64,000 nucleotides of DNA from Cyanobacteria bacterium auto_48_18 (GTDB taxonomy: Bacteria > Cyanobacteriota > Vampirovibrionia > Obscuribacterales > Obscuribacteraceae): contig JAVHQC010000029.1 in the NCBI GenBank assembly GCA_036170915.1, positions 160,001-224,000 of the forward strand. Reading direction: 5' to 3'. The notes beneath the pieces were generated by a model. It did no database searches. It had not been told where the DNA came from and worked only from the letters and a program-made list of their open reading frames with translations. Numbering within the stretch: position 1 is the stretch's first letter; each line of letters begins with the position of its first letter. Made by a program: the position numbers and the translations under genes. Positions 20,291-28,032 of this stretch are shown here, piece after piece.

Positions 20291-20335
20291 TAACTCGTGT
20301 AAAGAGACCTGGCAGCCTTTGTAACTGTGATGCAG

Positions 20336-20381
20336 AGTCACGGGTACGCCACAATTGGAAATTAGATTCAATAGACGAAGC
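20336..20381 (+). promoter_or_regulatory. duplicated promoter element, copy 1
   Basis: 45/46 identical to 22541-22586. Contains GTCAC/GCCAC half-sites 11 bp apart and a -10-like TAGATT. Confidence 0.7.
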
Positions 20382-20431
20382 GCACCCAATTAGTTAAGGG
20401 TTGGCGTTGTGTTCCTCTGGAGGATTTAATT

Positions 20432-21415
20432 GTGCAAAAAGTCGAAGCTAATTTTGAAACACCAAAATTACAGGCCACAGAACAAAACAGCTCTGTCCGG
20501 CTATTGGCCGACTCACAACAGTCCTCGGCGGCACAAAAAGCAGACTGCACACAGCCAAAAAGCTTGCTCAGCCAGATAGAACAGCAGACTATTCTAGACA
20601 ACAGCATCGGCATCGATATTTTCGGCGGCTTCAGTCAAAACCGGCCAAAAGCCTGTGAGCAAGCTGCAAATCCTTTCAGCCGCCCTGATGGCGCGGTGCG
20701 TAAAACTGATGAAAAAGAATGGAAATTTGCACCTCATTCTGAAACGCTTAGTGAAGAAGGCCAGGCTCAAAACGCCTCTGATTTCATTCAATTAAACATG
20801 AAGAAGCTAGATCAATCAGGTGACGGTGCGATCAGTCGAAACGAAGTTCAAAACAGCCTTAAGCATGAAACCAGCACCGAGGGAAAAAGGCAGCTGGAAA
20901 ACATACTGGAAAATTTTGACGAACTGAAGGGCGCCAACAAATTTGACTTGAAAGACGGCATTACTATGAAAGACGCCATAAGAACTCGCCAAGAATTAGC
21001 TATCGAAGTTGGAATAGAAACCCTCGCTGATGGCTTGCTTACAGGCAGAGATGCGCTTTTCTTCGCCTTAGACAGCGCAACTGAAGGCAAAAGCGATGGC
21101 AAAATTACAAAAATGGATCTAGTCAATTTTATTTTCGAGTGCAAAAAACTTGAGAAAGAGCATAACAACAATGATGGTATTCACTGGCCTGAAAATGCAG
21201 CCATTGCCCAAAAGATGCTCAACGAATGGCACAAGCGTGATTCACCTACCAACAGAATTGTGGAGCTCAGCGCCCTCGACGTACTTACAGGTGGCTCAGG
21301 GGCAATAACTGCAGAGTCGCTTGCCAAAAAACTTGATGACCCAAGACCACTAAATGGAAACAGCGGCTTTCGGCAAGCTCAAGAACTGATAAAACGCCAT
21401 AACCAATGGCACTAA
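20432..21415 (+). CDS. EF-hand-like loop protein
   Basis: LDQSGDGAISRNEV; GGAGG RBS before GTG. Confidence 0.7.
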   Translation: MQKVEANFETPKLQATEQNSSVRLLADSQQSSAAQKADCTQPKSLLSQIEQQTILDNSIGIDIFGGFSQNRPKACEQAANPFSRPDGAVRKTDEKEWKFAPHSETLSEEGQAQNASDFIQLNMKKLDQSGDGAISRNEVQNSLKHETSTEGKRQLENILENFDELKGANKFDLKDGITMKDAIRTRQELAIEVGIETLADGLLTGRDALFFALDSATEGKSDGKITKMDLVNFIFECKKLEKEHNNNDGIHWPENAAIAQKMLNEWHKRDSPTNRIVELSALDVLTGGSGAITAESLAKKLDDPRPLNGNSGFRQAQELIKRHNQWH

Positions 21416-21477
21416 ATTCAATCGCATAAGTTTATAAGCCTCTACCCCCCAAGGAATACGGAATAAGGAATAAATCA

Positions 21478-22419
21478 ATGTCTACAGCAGAGCAATTCGA
21501 GCAACCGCCGCTTGTTCTAGATACTAAAAACAGCCAAGATGCTCTCAAGAAACTGAGCGAAGAATTGGGTGTTTACTCTGATTTCAGCAGTCAACCACAG
21601 CCACCACAATTTAAGATCACTCCTCAAGCTGATTGCCCCTCATCTCGGAAAGCAGCAGTCACGCTCGACAATATCGGCGACTGGTTTGCGCAAAACGCCA
21701 AAATTTATGACCAGGATAGCGACAATGCATTAAGTACAAGAGAGATGCGCAATGCACTGAGGAACAGATGTATTCCCGCTCAAGATGCGGAGAGTATAAA
21801 GTTGATTCTAGACAATCAGTACTTTTTTGGCCAAGTTCACGATGACTATGGTGGGGACCAGAAAAGAATCATTAACTACTATAAAACTGCAAAAAGTTCA
21901 ACAGTAGAGCCTCCCGCTTTTGTAAGTGATAAAGACATGTCGACTTACGATGGCTGGCGGAAGATTGGTAAAGACGATATGCAAAAATTAAAAGAATTAG
22001 ATTTGGTTGCCTACAACAGCATGGAATTTTTGAAAAAACATTTCTCCACTCTGGATACCGACAACAACTCTAAGATATCGCAGAAAGAACTGGACGGCGC
22101 TATCAAGAGCGGCCGTTTCCACGGGAACGACTTGTATACAGCACAAACAGTAGCCTCGACTTTTGAGAATATCACTAATATATCCAATCCAAGAGGCCGA
22201 CGCACTAGAGCATTTAACTCACTTTTCGGCATCGAAGAACAAATTTCTCGAGGAACCATCGCCGGCTACGTGATGGAGCGAAACGATCAATTTGACTCAT
22301 TCGGCGAGAGCTTTAAAAAACTTCTTAGCAGAGCAAATAGAGCTAACGCGATTGCATACTATGACGGTCCAAAATTGCCAGAAGCGGCGAAAGAAGTAAA
22401 GCCACAGGGTGATTGGTAG
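21478..22419 (+). CDS. EF-hand-like loop protein
   Basis: YDQDSDNALSTREM and LDTDNNSKISQKEL. Confidence 0.72.
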   Translation: MSTAEQFEQPPLVLDTKNSQDALKKLSEELGVYSDFSSQPQPPQFKITPQADCPSSRKAAVTLDNIGDWFAQNAKIYDQDSDNALSTREMRNALRNRCIPAQDAESIKLILDNQYFFGQVHDDYGGDQKRIINYYKTAKSSTVEPPAFVSDKDMSTYDGWRKIGKDDMQKLKELDLVAYNSMEFLKKHFSTLDTDNNSKISQKELDGAIKSGRFHGNDLYTAQTVASTFENITNISNPRGRRTRAFNSLFGIEEQISRGTIAGYVMERNDQFDSFGESFKKLLSRANRANAIAYYDGPKLPEAAKEVKPQGDW

Positions 22420-22464
22420 ATGGGCTACGACTAGTCTTCTTCAGAGTCTAAACATTGCTATGGT

Positions 22465-22505
22465 AAAAACGCAGAGAAATTTGCGGAAAATTTCTCTGCG
22501 TTTTT
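22465..22505. terminator. perfect 18-bp hairpin, probable intrinsic terminator
   Basis: AAAAACGCAGAGAAATTT-GCGGA-AAATTTCTCTGCGTTTTT. Confidence 0.8.
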
Positions 22506-22540
22506 GAACACACAGCACAAGGCCCAGTGATGAGTCGCAA

Positions 22541-22586
22541 AGTCACGGGTACGCCACAATTGGAAATTAAATTCAATAGACGAAGC
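22541..22586 (+). promoter_or_regulatory. duplicated promoter element, copy 2
   Basis: AGTCACGGGTACGCCACAATTGGAAATTAAATTCAATAGACGAAGC, about 50 nt upstream of 22636. Confidence 0.7.
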
Positions 22587-22635
22587 CGACCGCGTCCGGT
22601 GGAGAACTTAAACCATAACAGGAAGGAATTTTTAA

Positions 22636-23400
22636 ATGTCGCACCTGGAATTAAAAACCGAAGTCGTCAACGAATCAAATATAAACAGCCCAGCTTTTAG
22701 TTCTGCAAACGCATTTATCAATGAAGTTTCGGACTCTCTAAAAGCCATGCCTGCCGCAGCTTTAAAGCAGGCCAGGCTTGGGGAAGCTGCAGAATATGTG
22801 CAGCAAAACATGACCAGCCTCGACAAATCAGGCAACGGATTTATAGACATGAAAGAACTGCAAATGGCTAAACAAAGAGCTGCTGATCCATGCGAAAAAG
22901 CTAAGATCGATAATGTCATTACCAATTACGATCAAATCAAAGGCGCTGTTAAAATAGAGTTTGGCACCGGCATATCGCGCAAAGATGCCGATGAAATTAG
23001 CTTTGAAGCCAAAATTTATGCTGAAGCTCGAACCATTGTTAAAGCACTTTTTGAAGGTCCTAAACCGCTCTACACTGCTCTGGATAAAAACCCAAACAGC
23101 AGGCGCAACCCCGGAATCGATCAGAACGAACTGCTAAGCTTCCTCAATACTTACGAGAGCCAAAAACGTTCGGGAAACGTCAATAACGATTCTATCTATA
23201 GTGATAAAAATGGCCAAATAGTCACTAATATACTCGCCCACTGGAACGACAAAAATTCTGCGGTGTCTCGGCTGACTCGCCGCGATTGGGCAATTGACCC
23301 CTGTGTAATCGGCTCTGCCCTAGATATGAAATTCGAAAATCGCAACCACCAGGACAGGTCTGAAGTGTTAATCAAACGTGCTGCCAAAGGCGAAATTTAG
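22636..23400 (+). CDS. EF-hand-like loop protein
   Basis: LDKSGNGFIDMKEL; similar to 20432 (N.D..KGA...GI). Confidence 0.7.
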   Translation: MSHLELKTEVVNESNINSPAFSSANAFINEVSDSLKAMPAAALKQARLGEAAEYVQQNMTSLDKSGNGFIDMKELQMAKQRAADPCEKAKIDNVITNYDQIKGAVKIEFGTGISRKDADEISFEAKIYAEARTIVKALFEGPKPLYTALDKNPNSRRNPGIDQNELLSFLNTYESQKRSGNVNNDSIYSDKNGQIVTNILAHWNDKNSAVSRLTRRDWAIDPCVIGSALDMKFENRNHQDRSEVLIKRAAKGEI

Positions 23401-24074
23401 TCTGCCACTTCCAATTTATATCCAAATCCATAAACGTTTTTGATCAATGACTCTTCACGTCCGTCATCGATGCGTTTGCGCAAGCGTTTAATGGTGGTCC
23501 TCACCGCTTCCGGACCAGCTTCAGCCTCAGATTTCCAAACATGATGCAATAACGCGTCACTGTTAAATACTTGATTTGGATGACGCATTAAGAACTCCAG
23601 CAATGCAAATTCAATGGGCCAGAGTTCGATTACTTGCCCGTCTCTTTTCAAAATACGCGAGGCCGAATCGATAACTAGGTCTGCTACTTTTAAAGTCTCT
23701 ACTGGTTTGTTGGTCTTTCTTCGCAAAAGGGCACGTATCCGCGCAGACAGTTCGCGCAAATCGGCAGGTTTGGTCAAATAATCATCGGCGCCAGCATCTA
23801 ATCCACTCTCTTTTGAATCAATTGAATTCTTTCCAGTCAACATCAATACCGGCGATGTGCCACCATTTTTGCGGTAGCCCTGGCAAACTTCAATACCTTT
23901 TTTTTCGGGCATGTCCCAATCAAGAATGATCACGTCATACTCATAACTCTTGAGCATTTCTTCGGCGTCGCCGCCACTGTGGGTCATATCGACAGTATAG
24001 TTTTCATGAACCAGCCAATCTCTAACAAGACTGCAAAGCTGTTTATCATCGTCTGCTAAAAGAATTCTGGCCAT
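23397..24074 (-). CDS. OmpR/PhoB-family response regulator
   Basis: ILLADDD, ILDWDMP, GADDYLTKP, winged helix (EFALLEFLM, V.GFGY). Confidence 0.94.
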   Translation of the reverse strand: MARILLADDDKQLCSLVRDWLVHENYTVDMTHSGGDAEEMLKSYEYDVIILDWDMPEKKGIEVCQGYRKNGGTSPVLMLTGKNSIDSKESGLDAGADDYLTKPADLRELSARIRALLRRKTNKPVETLKVADLVIDSASRILKRDGQVIELWPIEFALLEFLMRHPNQVFNSDALLHHVWKSEAEAGPEAVRTTIKRLRKRIDDGREESLIKNVYGFGYKLEVAD

Positions 24075-24126
24075 ATGCAATAAAGATATCAGTTAAACAA
24101 AACAGACACAATAATAAGAGACTGAA

Positions 24127-24876
24127 CTAGTTTAGTTCAATTGGAACCGCGTGTGCCACGGTCAAGCTCAAATCAAAATTGAGGCCGGCAGCGATTTTCT
24201 CAGCATCAAAATCTAGATGCTCAAAATGCAGAGCCCGCGCCACAATGCCCACGCCGGCTTGCTGCGCTGCCCGCAAAGCTTGGCCATAGAGCGGATCTAT
24301 AGCATCAGCAGAAGAGAACGATTGAGCGTCGCTACGACCAATTAAATAAAATTGCGTGGCTGCGTAGCCTCCCGCGACGGCCATGCTCAATGTGGCCAAA
24401 TGTTTGCGGCCGCGCTCAGTGCGCGAATCGGGAAACAGTGCCTGGCCATTTTGCCAGAGCGTTGTCGATTTAACTTCCACAAAACAGTGCGAGAGATTGG
24501 CTTGAGTACTTTTACTTAAGCGAAAATCAAAGCGGCTGTCGGCAAAAACTTGCTCACTTTCAATTTTGTCAAAATTGGCAAACTCAGTCAGAGTGCCTGA
24601 AGTAAAAGCCTCTTTAAAGAGCTTGTTGGCCAACAGTGTATCAACCACAACCAGTGAAGTAGGCGTCTGTACAAGCTTCATGCTCCAGGCCAATTTGCGT
24701 GACGGAGCAGGGCAATGACTGAGATATACAGTCATGCCTGGGTCGCTCATACCAAGCATTGATCCCGGATTAGCACAATGAGCAGTGACAACGGTGCCAT
24801 CTTGCAACTTCACATCGGCTAGAAAACGTTTATAGCGTTTCTCAAGCTTTGCTTGAACCAGTCCGGTGAGAATCAT
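24127..24876 (-). CDS. sfsA: sugar fermentation stimulation protein / nuclease SfsA
   Basis: RYKRFLADV, HCANPGSM, SRFDF, FVEVKS, FPD..TERGRKHL. Confidence 0.95.
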   Translation of the reverse strand: MILTGLVQAKLEKRYKRFLADVKLQDGTVVTAHCANPGSMLGMSDPGMTVYLSHCPAPSRKLAWSMKLVQTPTSLVVVDTLLANKLFKEAFTSGTLTEFANFDKIESEQVFADSRFDFRLSKSTQANLSHCFVEVKSTTLWQNGQALFPDSRTERGRKHLATLSMAVAGGYAATQFYLIGRSDAQSFSSADAIDPLYGQALRAAQQAGVGIVARALHFEHLDFDAEKIAAGLNFDLSLTVAHAVPIELN

Positions 24877-24882
24877 ATCTAA

Positions 24883-25578
24883 CTAATCGGCAGCACTGGT
24901 GAAAAATGATGATAGCTGATTGGGCGCTGATGGCGGATGTGCAGCAGCAATAGGCACCGCACCGAGAACAGATACAGTTGTAGTGGTGGGCTCGTCCACA
25001 TGTTTGCCTTTCATCCAGGCAATTAAAGAAGCGAAACCAGCCTTTTGCTGTCTGGCTTTGATGCGAGTCTTTAAACGTTCCAGCAGATCTTTATTGTCTA
25101 CAGACAGACTAACAATCTTGAAAGCACCACTGTGATCAGCCAGGCGCCACGAAAGTGATTCTTCTTTTTTACCAAGCAAAAACTTGGTGCTTACAAGAAT
25201 GTCGCCATCTTGTATATTCTCGCCCTGGAAAATAACCTTGCCCTTGCCAAAAATTTTGCGCCAGCGCGGATAGTATCGCTTTTCCACCAGGCCTTTGAGC
25301 GAACCTACAAACTCTTTCCTTTGCGAGGGCGTTAAGCTGGTCCAATTTTTGCCAAGACAGCGAGATGACATTTCCTGGTAGTCGATGAAGCTCGACGGTC
25401 GCAAGGCCGAAGACGATTCAAAAGACTGAAGTAAATGCTCTACAGCAACCCGGCCAGATGTACCTGCCGCTTCTGCGGGCAGGCATGAGAACAAAGCTAT
25501 GCCCGTCATCAATGCGCTAAGTAATTTGCGCTTGGGCAAAGTTCTTGTCAAGTGAGCCTCCGGTAACTGCCAGTGCAA
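24883..25578 (-). CDS. MlaC/Ttg2D-like periplasmic lipid-binding protein
   Basis: Signal peptide; ID...MS..CLG..W..LT..Q..EF...L..L....Y pattern. Confidence 0.65.
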   Translation of the reverse strand: MHWQLPEAHLTRTLPKRKLLSALMTGIALFSCLPAEAAGTSGRVAVEHLLQSFESSSALRPSSFIDYQEMSSRCLGKNWTSLTPSQRKEFVGSLKGLVEKRYYPRWRKIFGKGKVIFQGENIQDGDILVSTKFLLGKKEESLSWRLADHSGAFKIVSLSVDNKDLLERLKTRIKARQQKAGFASLIAWMKGKHVDEPTTTTVSVLGAVPIAAAHPPSAPNQLSSFFTSAAD

Positions 25579-25582
25579 CGCG

Positions 25583-26629
25583 CTAGATCGAGGCTTTGCT
25601 GCGGATTAGTAAGAAACGAGCCAGAATTAGTGCTGCTATAGCCCAACCCGTCAGTAAGAGGATATCACGTGTGTAGTCAGCAGGAATACCCAACATCACC
25701 CCTTTGGTGAGGTCGGCGGCGTAATACATCGGCAACGAGGTAGCAAGCCTCTGCTCCCAGCCTGGCATAGCCTTGACCGGAGTAATGATTCCAGAGACGA
25801 ACATCAAGGCTACCCCTAAAATCGAAACTGTCATTGTGTAAATTCTAATGGTTTTCAGCACACAAGCGAAACAAAGGCCCAAGCAAGCAAAAGTGAAAAC
25901 CGAAAGCAGAGTGGCGCCGAGCAGTCCGAAGAAATTGCCGCCCAGGGTGAAACCGACAATCGGTGCAGTGATAGCAAGCGAGAGCCATAGCACCAGAGCA
26001 GCTTCAAGGGTGACTGTAATGGTCTTGGCGATAATGGCGGCGTCGAGCCCGCCTGGAGCGTAAACAATCTGCCGATAGGTGCGTTCCATCCACTCGTAGA
26101 TCCAGCTGAATCCGACATTCATGGAAGCCAGCACATAGCAGAGATACGCAGTAAGACCAGAGGTAATGTAATCACGCAGGCCGAAATTGACTTGAAAAAG
26201 CGCGGCAGAATGAAGCGGGATGTTCAACTCGTCAGCTCGCTGAGTCAGCACGGCGAGAAGTCCCATAGCAATTTGATCATCAATAAGCGGGTTGTTGCCA
26301 CTGGACAAAATTTGCACTGAATCTTCTAAAGGATCTTGCGAGACATTGGCCAGAGCGACAATTTTCTCGTGCGCCAGGTCACCTTTAGCTTCTTCAAGAT
26401 CGTCATAAACTTTGACGCGAAAGCGTCTGGTATCGGTTAAGTGTTTAGAGAGTTCGGAAATGCCGGCGGGATCGTACAAACCAAAAGGCATATCATTAGC
26501 ACCAGATATGGTGTTGCCAACGCAGACCAAAATTAAAATGGCGAGCAATACACTGGCAAAAAAATAAAGGGGGCGCCTGGTCCACTGCAATATGTCTTTG
26601 TACATGATTGCCAAAATGGAAGCGATCAT
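25583..26629 (-). CDS. ABC-2 type exporter permease
   Basis: Six TM segments, SGII.P..AMP.W, LP.YYA. Confidence 0.88.
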   Translation of the reverse strand: MIASILAIMYKDILQWTRRPLYFFASVLLAILILVCVGNTISGANDMPFGLYDPAGISELSKHLTDTRRFRVKVYDDLEEAKGDLAHEKIVALANVSQDPLEDSVQILSSGNNPLIDDQIAMGLLAVLTQRADELNIPLHSAALFQVNFGLRDYITSGLTAYLCYVLASMNVGFSWIYEWMERTYRQIVYAPGGLDAAIIAKTITVTLEAALVLWLSLAITAPIVGFTLGGNFFGLLGATLLSVFTFACLGLCFACVLKTIRIYTMTVSILGVALMFVSGIITPVKAMPGWEQRLATSLPMYYAADLTKGVMLGIPADYTRDILLLTGWAIAALILARFLLIRSKASI

Positions 26630-27687
26630 ACCGGCTGCTCACTTTCCGCAGGCAGAGCGGTCTCTAGCGGCCCATTATTCTCGAGCTGAGTACTATTCTC
26701 GAGCTGAGTACCATTCTCCTTCAAGTCCTTCGATACGGCCAGAAAAACTTCTTCCAGATTTGGTTCACCAGTGGCAAATTTTACAAATGAAATTTCTTCG
26801 CGCTGTAACCAATCAAAAATCTCTCGATGATATTGCTCTGCGTCGCTTTCAGGCTGACTTAAATAAATTGTGTTGCGCAAACTGTCGAGCCTGACCTCTA
26901 CGCCAAATTTTTCTTTGAGAAAATTCAGTGATGTAACCAGTTCAGGAGACTCTACTGCACAATCAGGGGCGAGCTTAATCGATATGCCGCGCATGCCTTT
27001 AATGCGTCTGGCCAACTCCGACACGGTGCCTTCAGCTGTAAGCTTGCCATCACGGATGATACCAATACGATCGGCTAAAAGCTCGGCTTCTTCTAAATAG
27101 TGGGTAGTTAGTAAAATAGTCACGCCTGCAGCTTTGAGTTCCTTTAAAGTTGCCCAAATAAGTCGACGCGAAGCCGGATCAAGACCCACCGTGGGCTCGT
27201 CCATAAACAATACTTTTGGTTCGTTGATCATGGCGCAAGCAATAGCTAATCGGCGTAACATGCCACCAGAAAGACTTTGAGTACGGTCATTGAGTCGGTC
27301 GATTAAACCAGCTCGTCCCAATAATTTTTCAATGCGAGCCTCGCCTTCGACTTTCGGCAAGCCATAAAGATTAGCCAGAAACTTGAGATTCTCATACGGA
27401 GTGAGTTCTTGATAGAGAGCCAGATCTTGCGAGACCGCACCGAAGCAGCCTTTAATTTTCTCTGGTTGCTTGAGGCCATTGAAGCCGCAAATGAAGAACT
27501 CACCTGATGTGGGTGCGAGTAAGGTGGTCAACATACTAATGGTTGTGGTTTTGCCGGCCCCATTGTCACCCAATAAGGCATACAGTTCGCCAGGATAGAT
27601 GCTCAAATTGAGCTTATCCACAGATGTTCGCGAGCCAAAGCGCTTAGTCAAATCTTGAGCGCGTACAGATGGCTCAGAACTTAGCAA
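26626..27687 (-). CDS. ABC transporter ATP-binding protein
   Basis: GDNGAGKTT, LSGGM, MDEPT, TTHYLEEA. Start TTG 27687 preferred over GTG 27723. Confidence 0.93.
   Translation of the reverse strand: MLSSEPSVRAQDLTKRFGSRTSVDKLNLSIYPGELYALLGDNGAGKTTTISMLTTLLAPTSGEFFICGFNGLKQPEKIKGCFGAVSQDLALYQELTPYENLKFLANLYGLPKVEGEARIEKLLGRAGLIDRLNDRTQSLSGGMLRRLAIACAMINEPKVLFMDEPTVGLDPASRRLIWATLKELKAAGVTILLTTHYLEEAELLADRIGIIRDGKLTAEGTVSELARRIKGMRGISIKLAPDCAVESPELVTSLNFLKEKFGVEVRLDSLRNTIYLSQPESDAEQYHREIFDWLQREEISFVKFATGEPNLEEVFLAVSKDLKENGTQLENSTQLENNGPLETALPAESEQPV
26676..26711. repeat. 2 x 18-bp in-frame tandem repeat
   Basis: TATTCTCGAGCTGAGTAC twice, encoding TQLEN repeats in the ATPase tail. Confidence 0.85.
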
Positions 27688-28001
27688 CTTAAGCCTTGCG
27701 ATTCCTGGTTTGGTGCGCCACAAGCACGCATTAAGCTGTCGATGTGAGCGACTTTAAAAACCTTATATACCGGATTTTGCACATTGATAAAAGTAACTGT
27801 CGATTTCAACGAGTCTGCACGTAACAGAAACTCTTCTAACCACTCAAGGCCATCAACACTTATAAAAGGACAACCAGAAAAATCAAACTCAATATCAGTG
27901 TTGCCACGCGCAAGCTTCTTATCGACGTCATCAAGTCCGCGTTCGAGATCGCCTAAGATGCGAATCTTTTCTAGTTTTCTCTCTTTCACAGGCTCGGCCA
28001 T
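27681..28001 (-). CDS. STAS domain protein (anti-sigma antagonist / MlaB-like)
   Basis: FDFSGCPFISVDGL..L, V.F.NV...VYKVFKVA. Confidence 0.8.
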   Translation of the reverse strand: MAEPVKERKLEKIRILGDLERGLDDVDKKLARGNTDIEFDFSGCPFISVDGLEWLEEFLLRADSLKSTVTFINVQNPVYKVFKVAHIDSLMRACGAPNQESQGLSC

Positions 28002-28032
28002 AATTTCCTCAGCTAACTATTTATAGTGCAAA

